Source: Myxococcales bacterium
GTDB lineage: Bacteria > Myxococcota_A > UBA9042 > JABWCM01 > BTVJ01
Length of the DNA stretch: 64,000 bases
Direction: 5' to 3'
Assembly (NCBI GenBank): GCA_045863395.1
Contig: BTVJ01000042.1
Span: 1-64,000, forward strand
Shown here: positions 56,618 to 64,000 of the stretch, one piece after another
Position numbering within the stretch: the stretch's first letter is position 1
How the letters are laid out: each line of letters begins with the position of its first letter
Translations under genes and position numbers: made by a program
The notes under the pieces: generated by a model
What the model saw: the letters and a program-made list of their open reading frames with translations, nothing else
What the model was told of the DNA's origin: nothing
Database searches by the model: none

Positions 56618-58843
56618 ATGGGCGACTTCCACAACCCCTACAACTTCGTCCCTGCTCCCCCTCGCGAGGGGCCTGGATATTCGCCCGACCATCTCGGCGA
56701 CTCCGCCCCGGCTCCACACGGGTGGCTGGGGTCGGACCTCTGGACGGGGCGCATTCGCGTATCCATGGAGGTTGTATCGCCGTTGCTCCTTCTGGATACT
56801 TCCAGGGTCACGGAGCGCGACGGCCACAAGACCTTCGACGTGCTGGTCGGCGGCGATCACAAGCCCCGGGTCCCGGAGACCACCATCAAGGGTATGCTCC
56901 GGGCGGCGTTCGAGGCGGTGACCAACTCCCGCTTCGGGGTATTCTCCAAGACACACGCGAGACGCCTCGGGCTCCGCATGGAGGCGAAGGAGGGGCTCCG
57001 GCTCGTCCCGGCGCGGGTCGTGGGGGACGAGCTCGTGCTGATGCGAGGGGCGTCCCACGTCAACCCGACGCAGCGGCCGGACGGGCAATGGGAGATTCCC
57101 GCCGGCAGAGGGGGCGCTTGGCCCCCCGGACTCCTGCACGCGGCGTGGATGCCTGGCGAGAAGGTAGGTTACGGCATGCTGCACAACCCGATGCCCCCGG
57201 AGCCCCGGCATGGAACGCATGTCTGGGCCTACGTCCGGTGTCGTGATCAGGGTAGGTGCAGGATCTGGCTGGTCGACGACTGGGTGCCGTATGTCGGTGG
57301 CCGCCCGAAGCGGGTGCCCGAACCCGTCTCACGATACCTTGACGTCAGGAATCCTCCCCAGCCTCACGGGCAGTGGGTGGAGGGCTGGCTCTGCATTACC
57401 GAGAAGAACGTGAGGAACAAGCACTATGAGCGTCTGTTCTTCACCACCGAGGCACAGCCGCCGCGCTACTCCATTACGCCAGCTATCGAGGCGTTGTGGG
57501 GAGATGTCATTACGAACTACCGGCAACAGCACGACGAGGACAGCGTCTGGTGGCGCAAGCGACCCAACGCTACGACCCAATACGCCCACCCTGAGGACGT
57601 CCTCGGGGACGAGCCGGGCAAGACCGCCTGGTCACGGCACATCTTCCGGGACGGGAAGCCCCGGCGCCAGCCTGGGGGGGTACGCCAGCCCGACGACCTC
57701 GACCTGCGAGCTGCGCAGCTCGTCTATGTGGCGCTGGACCCCAAGGACACGATCATCGGGATCTACCCCGTGATGATCGCACGGAAGCTCTACGCGCTCC
57801 CCCCAGACGCGCTGCTCCCGAAGTCGCTCCAGCCCGCGACCGCACCGTCAGATCTGTCGCCCGCCGACCGCGTCTTCGGGTGGGTCCACCCAGGCGGGCA
57901 CGGAGCCCACCGCGGGCAGCTCCGGGTGCGTCGGGTGGAGTGCGTGACTGAGGCCTCCAGGGCCATCCGGCGCTTCAGTGATGCCGGTCTTCCGCTGGCG
58001 ATCCTGGGGCGGCCGAAGCCCCAGCAGGGGCGCTTCTACGTGGCCGCCGATGAGAGCGGGAAAGCGCAGGCGCAGAGGCTGGATCGGACTCAGGCTGGAT
58101 ACTCGCAGAAGAAGGGCCTCCGTGGCCGAAAGGTCTACCCGCACCAGCGCGTTCCCAGTGGGCACTGGGACGACGCGGACCAGGAGCGGGGCACTCAGAG
58201 CTTGAGCGGGTGGTTCCAGGAGTACCGTCGCCGGGGAGGTACAAGGGATACCCAGAACCGCTCCGTGACGGCGTGGGTCCAGCCAGACACCTGCTTCACG
58301 TTCGACCTGGACGTGGTCAACCTGAGCCGCGTGGAGCTGGGCGCCCTCTTGTGGCTCCTCGACCCGGCGAGCTGTCTCCACCACAAGCTCGGTGGCGGGA
58401 AGCCCCTGGGATTCGGGTCCGTCAGGCTGTCGTGGGACCGCAAGGCGTCCGACCTGCGCACGGGGATCGGCTGGCAGCGGACCTACGAGAGCCTCTGGGA
58501 GACGCCGCCCGACTCGATGGATGCCACCAGTGACGCCGAGGAGTGTATCAAGGACTTTCGAACTGCCGTCGAGGCGACCAGCACGGGGACGCGGTTCGAG
58601 CATGTCCCGTTCATCGCCGCGTTCAAGAAGGCGGCCGCGGGCCACCAGGGTCGTCCCACCCATTACCCGAGAGTCGGCGCTTGCGGGCAACGGGGGCAGG
58701 CCTACCCGGCTACCGTCAAGGGCGAGGCCTTCAAGTGGTTCGTCGCCAACGACAGGGGTGGACGACACGCGCTCTCCGATCTTGGGACGGACCAGGGGCT
58801 CCCGCGTCTGTACGAGGACCCGCCGAGGCACAACGGAGGGTGA
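56618..58843 (+). CDS. cas7: Type III-D CRISPR RAMP, Cas7 with large insertion (TIGR03986-like)
   Basis: FHNPYNFVP, PETTIKGMLRAAFEAVTNSRF, LSPADRVFGWV, LAILGRPKP, LRGRKVYPH, ELGALLWLL and HKLGGGKPLGFGSV; ggaggt RBS. Confidence 0.88.
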   Translation: MGDFHNPYNFVPAPPREGPGYSPDHLGDSAPAPHGWLGSDLWTGRIRVSMEVVSPLLLLDTSRVTERDGHKTFDVLVGGDHKPRVPETTIKGMLRAAFEAVTNSRFGVFSKTHARRLGLRMEAKEGLRLVPARVVGDELVLMRGASHVNPTQRPDGQWEIPAGRGGAWPPGLLHAAWMPGEKVGYGMLHNPMPPEPRHGTHVWAYVRCRDQGRCRIWLVDDWVPYVGGRPKRVPEPVSRYLDVRNPPQPHGQWVEGWLCITEKNVRNKHYERLFFTTEAQPPRYSITPAIEALWGDVITNYRQQHDEDSVWWRKRPNATTQYAHPEDVLGDEPGKTAWSRHIFRDGKPRRQPGGVRQPDDLDLRAAQLVYVALDPKDTIIGIYPVMIARKLYALPPDALLPKSLQPATAPSDLSPADRVFGWVHPGGHGAHRGQLRVRRVECVTEASRAIRRFSDAGLPLAILGRPKPQQGRFYVAADESGKAQAQRLDRTQAGYSQKKGLRGRKVYPHQRVPSGHWDDADQERGTQSLSGWFQEYRRRGGTRDTQNRSVTAWVQPDTCFTFDLDVVNLSRVELGALLWLLDPASCLHHKLGGGKPLGFGSVRLSWDRKASDLRTGIGWQRTYESLWETPPDSMDATSDAEECIKDFRTAVEATSTGTRFEHVPFIAAFKKAAAGHQGRPTHYPRVGACGQRGQAYPATVKGEAFKWFVANDRGGRHALSDLGTDQGLPRLYEDPPRHNGG

Positions 58844-58939
58844 CTCATGTCAAGACTTGGGGCGCTCCAGAGATCCCCCTGACGCGCGGCACGAGACGTC
58901 CCAGACACCGAAGACACACCCCGACAGGAGGGAACGACG

Positions 58940-59260
58940 ATGCCGGCACCGATATTGACCATCACCGAGCAGAAGAGCGGAGTGCGAGTCCTCCGCATCA
59001 GCATCCCGGGGGATATCACCACGCCCGGCGAGTTCGCGGCCGCGGTCGAGTCCGTCGCGGAGTCTCTCCCGGGCAGCTCACCCGTCTTCCTCAATGGGAA
59101 GGGGCCCGTCTGGGGCTTCGCGATGCTCCTGCACGAGGCGCACGCGACCCCCGCGGTCGCGGTCTTCGACCCGCGGTTCAACGGGTACGTGGTGGTCGCC
59201 ACCCACGACGTGGGGTATGTCGTGGGACAGGTGATCCCCGCCGCCGATGTCCATGATTGA
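58940..59260 (+). CDS. csx3: CRISPR ring nuclease Csx3 (Crn3)
   Basis: 106 aa; LNGKGPVW...LLHEAH...VFDPR...VVVATH matches the Csx3 pattern, including the His and DPR residues. Confidence 0.88.
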   Translation: MPAPILTITEQKSGVRVLRISIPGDITTPGEFAAAVESVAESLPGSSPVFLNGKGPVWGFAMLLHEAHATPAVAVFDPRFNGYVVVATHDVGYVVGQVIPAADVHD

Positions 59261-59273
59261 GGAGCGCTGAACG

Positions 59274-59885
59274 ATGGCTCCGTCTCGAGACCGCCAGGGT
59301 GCGGTCATCAGCATCGGGGGACCTCCTCATTCGGGGAAGTCCGTCTTCGCTCATGCGTTGAACAAGGCTCTCGCATCCAAGATGGGCGACGAGGTGTTCC
59401 TGGAGAGGTGCAACCCGGACGGGGAGGGGAACTGGGCCTACGAGTCGCCGCCCGAGCTCGTGCAAGCGATCCGAGTCAAGAACCCGTTTTCGGATGACTT
59501 TGTGCGAGCCAAGCTCGCCGGTATCGCCGGCCTGCGACAGTCGAAGCGTGTTGTCTTGCTGGACCTGGGCGGGAAGATCGCTCCCGATATTCACCAGTTC
59601 CTGAGCGCATCGACCCACGCTCTCCTCGTGAGCGGTGACGACGGCGCGCTCGAGAAGTGGAAGGCAGCCGTCGCGAGCGCCAATGGGTGTCAGCTCCTTG
59701 GAGCGCTGCGTTCGACGCTCGTCCGCACGACGGACGGGACCCTCGATGCCGCGGCGCGGTCGACGGTGTGCCTCATCGGACCGGCGTGGACAGGGGGCCT
59801 CGTCAACCTGGACCGAGAGGGGCCCAACGAACCGTACAGCGCCGCCGTCAGCGCCATTGCGGAGCACATCGCGGTGATTGCCTGA
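59274..59885 (+). CDS. Stand-alone P-loop NTPase (Csx3-associated type)
   Basis: GGPPHSGKS Walker A, CNPDGEGNW and VLLDLGG; own gagga RBS, between csx3 and cas10. Confidence 0.75.
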   Translation: MAPSRDRQGAVISIGGPPHSGKSVFAHALNKALASKMGDEVFLERCNPDGEGNWAYESPPELVQAIRVKNPFSDDFVRAKLAGIAGLRQSKRVVLLDLGGKIAPDIHQFLSASTHALLVSGDDGALEKWKAAVASANGCQLLGALRSTLVRTTDGTLDAAARSTVCLIGPAWTGGLVNLDREGPNEPYSAAVSAIAEHIAVIA

Positions 59886-59923
59886 GGAGAGCTCTGCCAC
59901 CCCATGAATCATTGGAGGCGCCC

Positions 59924-61648
59924 TTGCACGTCCTGCTCCTCGAGACATCCGGCAACCAGGCGTACATCTTCGGAACGAACCGCCTCCGCGAGAACGTCGG
60001 CGCCTCGCAGCTCACCTACGTCGCCGGCACCACCTGGGTCGAGGACGGGCTCAAGAGCGTGCTCGGGAGCGTACCGATCCATGGGATCGAGGCCCAGACG
60101 GGGGACCGGGGGGCGGAGGTGGTCGTCTCGACGTCTGGCAAGGCCGTCGTCCTCTTCGACCAGGAGGAGGACGCCCGCGCCGTCATCACGGCCGTCACGC
60201 GGAGGGCCCTGCACGAGGCGCCGGGCCTGGACATCGCGGGGACGGTCAGCGGTGCGTTCGACTGGAGCGAGGCAGGGGCACTCCACGGGGCCCTCGCGGA
60301 GGTCCACCGGACCTTCGAGCAGGTCAAGGCGGAGGTGCCGTCTCCCCTCACGCGCTTCCAGCGCCTCCCGCTGATCGCTGACTGCTCATCCAGCGGACGC
60401 CCTGCCGCGCACGTCATCGGCCCATGGATCAACGATGAGCCGGACGAGGACGACCGCCAGCCGTTCTCCGCGGAGAGCTTCGCGAAGCGCCTCGCCGCGG
60501 GGGATGGCTATGCGAGGCTCCGGCAGGCGGTCGAGGCGGCGGCAGGCGTGCGGCTGCCCCGGAACCTGCGCGACCTCGAGCGGGCCCTCGAGGGTCGCAC
60601 CACGACCGGCGACAGCGAGCTGCGCGTGATCGACTGGCTCGGCGTCGTCCACGTCGACGGCAATGGCCTCGGTCAGGTCTTCCTGGGGCTCGACGGCTAC
60701 GCGCACAAGGACAACCGGACCTATGCGGACACCCTGGGTGGACTCTCTCGCAGGCTCGACGACGCCTGCCGCCGCGCCTTCCAGGAGGCCGCGGCGGCCA
60801 TGTGGGATCGCACCCGGGTCAGGAGACGCCGAAAGGATGGGACCGACGAGCCGCTCGCGTTGATCCCGCTCGTGCTCGGCGGCGATGACATGACGGCCCT
60901 CTGTGATGGGGCGGAGGCCATCCGGTTTGCGAGAGACTACATCGAGGCGTTCGAGAGGCTCGCCCGGGAGGAGGTCTCAGGGCTGCCCTGGCGGGACACT
61001 CCCCCCGGAATCACGGCCGCGGGAGGCGTCGCGATCATCAAGCCCCACTTTCCCTTCTCCGTTGGCTACGAGCTGAGCGAGTCGCTGGTCCGATCCGCCA
61101 AGTCGGTCAAGCGGCTGGGTGAAGGGCCCGGCGCGCCGGTCTCTTCGCTGGACTTCCACGTCGTCTACGACGCGTCCGTCGCGGGGCTCGACGCGATTCG
61201 TGAGCGCCTCACCCTGGTCGAGGGAGGCGCACGTTACTGCCTGTACCACCGCCCGTACCTGCTCGGAGCGGCCCGCGAGGCGGTCTCGAAGGCCCATGGC
61301 CTTCCGCGGCTCGATGGTCTGGAGAGGCGCATCGCTGCCACCGTGGCTGTGGACCCGGAAGGTAGGAGGCGCTACCCCTCGACTCAGCTCCATGGCCTCC
61401 GTGCCGCACTCTTCCAGGGGGCGGCCGATGCCGAGGCTGCGCTCCGGCTGATCGTCCATCGGTACCCCGGGCTCGACAGCCATGTGGGCTGGAGCGTCGA
61501 CGGGATGCCGGCTCCCGCGGGTGCAACGATCTTTGACGCACCGGCGGGGAAGGACAGCGAACGCCACACGTTGCTGCTCGACGTCATGGAGCACCTGGCG
61601 TTTCTGGCGCCGCTCGATGCGCCGGCCGAGGAAGGAGGTGCCCAATGA
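59924..61648 (+). CDS. cas10: Cas10, type III-D-like, compact and lacking the HD domain
   Basis: ETSGNQAYIFGTNRLRENVGAS, VHVDGNGLG, LVLGGDD and KPHFPF; TTG start after ggagg. Confidence 0.9.
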   Translation: MHVLLLETSGNQAYIFGTNRLRENVGASQLTYVAGTTWVEDGLKSVLGSVPIHGIEAQTGDRGAEVVVSTSGKAVVLFDQEEDARAVITAVTRRALHEAPGLDIAGTVSGAFDWSEAGALHGALAEVHRTFEQVKAEVPSPLTRFQRLPLIADCSSSGRPAAHVIGPWINDEPDEDDRQPFSAESFAKRLAAGDGYARLRQAVEAAAGVRLPRNLRDLERALEGRTTTGDSELRVIDWLGVVHVDGNGLGQVFLGLDGYAHKDNRTYADTLGGLSRRLDDACRRAFQEAAAAMWDRTRVRRRRKDGTDEPLALIPLVLGGDDMTALCDGAEAIRFARDYIEAFERLAREEVSGLPWRDTPPGITAAGGVAIIKPHFPFSVGYELSESLVRSAKSVKRLGEGPGAPVSSLDFHVVYDASVAGLDAIRERLTLVEGGARYCLYHRPYLLGAAREAVSKAHGLPRLDGLERRIAATVAVDPEGRRRYPSTQLHGLRAALFQGAADAEAALRLIVHRYPGLDSHVGWSVDGMPAPAGATIFDAPAGKDSERHTLLLDVMEHLAFLAPLDAPAEEGGAQ

Positions 61649-64000
61649 AGGCGCTCGATTTTCGGCTGACGTTCTCGACCGAGTGGGGCATCGGCACCGG
61701 GGGGGGGCGCCACGGCGAGGTGGACCGGACCATCCGGCGCGACGCCGCGGGGCTGCCCTTCGTTCCGGGGAAGTCGCTCCTCGCGGCGCTCCGCGACGCG
61801 GCAGAGCGCCTTGCCTGGGGCCTCGACGGCGGCAGGCGGGGGCCCTGGCACGGCTGGCTCGACCTGATCTTCGGGACCCAGCCGGGGCGCACGGATGCCG
61901 GTGCGCCCGTCGTCTACGGGGCCCCTGTCCCGGCCAGGCTCATCGTAGGCGATGCGCGCATCGAGGGGGCGCGGGAGCTGGACGGTGGCGCGCCCCCGGG
62001 AGGCGAGCGACCGGGATGGACCACCCTGAAGCCGGGCGTCGCGCTCGACCCGAAGACCGGGACCGCCCGGGACCGCACGCTGCGAGTCGAGGAGGTTGCA
62101 CGTCGCGGGGTGACGCTGACGGCGAGTGGAGCGTGGCTCGATGGGCTAGACGGCGAGAGCCTCCTCGTCGCCACCGCATTCCTGGCGGCAGCGTGTGGGC
62201 TCGTGGAGCGCATTGGAGGCAGGCGCCGCCGGGGTCACGGGCGCTGCAAGGTCACCCTGGAGGGCGTGGCGCCGGACCAGATTCGCGACGTCCTCTCGGC
62301 GAAGAGCGCACCTGCGGTGCCACCACCACCGACGCCGGATCTGTCTCGACCTGTCCTCGGACCCATCGAGTCCGCGCCTCTACCCGACCGCCACGGTGGA
62401 CGCGAGAAGACAGACCAACCGGTAGTGGCGTGGAGTCGCCAGCAGTTCACGCTGAGGGCGCTCACGCCGCTGATCATCCCCCGCGCTGTCTTGGGCAACG
62501 TCGTGACCTCCGAGGACCGGATCCCGGGCACCTACCTGCTTGGGTGGCTGGGTCGAGCGCTGTCGGCGGCAGGGTGGAGTGAACGTCTCGCCGAGGAGAT
62601 CGCTGCGGAGCGGATCGTGGTGACTCACGCCACGCCCGAGGTCGCGGGGACCCGTGGTCTCTCAGCTCCCATGGCATGGTTCAAGCCCAAGGAGGGCACG
62701 GGACTCCCCGTGGAGGGCCAGATCTGGGTGGGCTGCGACGTGGTGAACCGGCTCGTCGCTGATGCTCCCGGAAATCAGCTCAAGGGCTACCGGCGCGGCT
62801 GGGTTTCGGACGCGGCCCCTGGGCAGTGGCCTTGGTACCGGGACCTCGCCGATGAGCTCATCCAGACGACCCACAACACCATCGACGACCGCGTTCAGCG
62901 CCCGACCCAGGATGTTGGCGGTGTGTATTCCTACGGAGCCATACCGGCTGGGACGGTCTTCCGATTCGAGGTCCGCTGGGCGGGGGACCTCCCCGGGGCG
63001 TGGTGGGCGCAGTGCCCGGGCTCCATACGGCTGGGCCGCGCGAAGAGGGGCGAGTATGGCCAGGCATCCGTCGGGGTGCTTCCAACGGGTGGCACGGAGC
63101 CTCCACACGTTCCAGTCGTCGGGCCCAAGGATTCGGTTCTGACGGTGTGGCTCCTCTCAGAGGTCCTGCTTCGGGGACCGGGACTGCGACCGGTCTCCGC
63201 TGCCGAGACCCTCCGCTCCGAGATCGAGCAGTCGCTGAAGAAGATCTCGGAGACCATTCGTCTGGAGCCCGACGAGCGCGAGGGCCAGCTCCACTCCCTG
63301 CTTCGTCCTGCCCGCGTCGACTCGTGGAGCGCGAGGTGGCAGCTCCCCCGGCCCTCGCTCGTGGGGCTCGCGGCGGGGGGAGTGGTCCGGTACCGCGTCG
63401 TGGGAGTGCCAGAAGGCAACCAGGAGGCGTTCAACGACTGTCTCGCGGGCATCGAGGCGGCGGGCGTCGGTGAGCGCCGTGCCGAGGGCTACGGCCAGGT
63501 CCGGTTCAACGACATACGTCTCGACGCCCGGGAGCTGGAAGCTCCGGCCAGCTCCCGCAATCCGGCAGATCCAGGAGCTCCGACCGGCTCCGACTCCCCC
63601 GACTCCGAGCGCCGGACACACGCCCTGGAGCCGCCTCCGGTCGCCATGCTGGAGGCACGGATTGCGGCGGCGGTCGCGCGGGGGATGCGCGATGAGGCAT
63701 GGCCGATGCTCGGAGGGGGGGACCGCAGTACCTGGCCCAGCGCAAGTCAGCTCGGAGGTCTCCGCTCGGCGATCACGCGGCTGGAGCGAGTCGGCACCTA
63801 TGAGGGCAACCCGCTCACAGCCTGGTTGGATGCCTTAGAGAAGACCCACCGCTGGCGGGACCTCTGGCCGGAGACGGTCTTGGAGAGGCTGAGGTCTCTC
63901 GCAAGGGTGCCGGCGGAGGTAGAGAACCTGCTGGCGAGCCCGGAGTTGACCGAGGAGACTGCGGCCATGACCCTGCGCGCGTTCATCGGTGGGCTGTTGC
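61645..64000 (+). CDS. csx10: Cas7-Cas5(Csx10)-Cas11 fusion, 3'-truncated by window edge; absent from ORF track
   Basis: Hand translation from ATG 61645 (ATGA overlap with cas10) is open to 64000. Cas7: WGIGTG, LPFVPGKSL, IFG, GVALDPKTGTA, IGGRRRRGHG. Cas5/Csx10: IPGTYLLG, THNTIDD, LGRAKRGEYG, GVGERRAEGYG. Small-subunit-like helical tail: PSASQLGGLR. Confidence 0.85.
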   Translation, partial: MKALDFRLTFSTEWGIGTGGGRHGEVDRTIRRDAAGLPFVPGKSLLAALRDAAERLAWGLDGGRRGPWHGWLDLIFGTQPGRTDAGAPVVYGAPVPARLIVGDARIEGARELDGGAPPGGERPGWTTLKPGVALDPKTGTARDRTLRVEEVARRGVTLTASGAWLDGLDGESLLVATAFLAAACGLVERIGGRRRRGHGRCKVTLEGVAPDQIRDVLSAKSAPAVPPPPTPDLSRPVLGPIESAPLPDRHGGREKTDQPVVAWSRQQFTLRALTPLIIPRAVLGNVVTSEDRIPGTYLLGWLGRALSAAGWSERLAEEIAAERIVVTHATPEVAGTRGLSAPMAWFKPKEGTGLPVEGQIWVGCDVVNRLVADAPGNQLKGYRRGWVSDAAPGQWPWYRDLADELIQTTHNTIDDRVQRPTQDVGGVYSYGAIPAGTVFRFEVRWAGDLPGAWWAQCPGSIRLGRAKRGEYGQASVGVLPTGGTEPPHVPVVGPKDSVLTVWLLSEVLLRGPGLRPVSAAETLRSEIEQSLKKISETIRLEPDEREGQLHSLLRPARVDSWSARWQLPRPSLVGLAAGGVVRYRVVGVPEGNQEAFNDCLAGIEAAGVGERRAEGYGQVRFNDIRLDARELEAPASSRNPADPGAPTGSDSPDSERRTHALEPPPVAMLEARIAAAVARGMRDEAWPMLGGGDRSTWPSASQLGGLRSAITRLERVGTYEGNPLTAWLDALEKTHRWRDLWPETVLERLRSLARVPAEVENLLASPELTEETAAMTLRAFIGGLL

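Noticed and set aside
58861..58897. 37-nt stretch ending GAGAC (ggcgctccagagatccccctgacgcgcggcacgagac) upstream of csx3, loosely like an isolated CRISPR repeat
   Set aside because: Single copy with a poor hairpin and no array in the window to compare against; worth re-testing once the cognate repeat is known.

Overview
A very GC-rich bacterial window, most likely from the Myxococcota (MYXO-CTERM-type sorting tail, large Cys-rich surface proteins, sigma54 regulators). About 43 real CDSs can be picked out from many spurious GC-driven shadow ORFs. Housekeeping content: tatB-tatC (TatC carries an unusual ~490-aa C-terminal extension), PBP1A, argCJB, sppA, glgB, and an aminotransferase/P5C-dehydrogenase-like pair. 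Accessory content: (i) three large Cys-rich repeat surface proteins; (ii) a translationally coupled operon of SDR, acyl carrier protein, acyl-CoA dehydrogenase and B12-binding radical SAM, with no synthase; (iii) a 1017-aa SF1/UvrD helicase with IF2-N-like and RelE-like N-terminal segments and a TPR-like tail; (iv) an McrBC-like restriction pair; (v) a sigma54-driven heptaheme c / cytochrome b / triheme c module with its own two-component system; (vi) the start of a type III-D-like CRISPR-Cas locus in unusual order: cas7-insertion, csx3, stand-alone P-loop NTPase, HD-less cas10, then a Cas7-Cas5-Cas11 fusion that runs off the window and is missing from the ORF track. No CRISPR array, tRNA, rRNA or transposase was seen. 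All family calls are by-eye motif recognition, not database searches.
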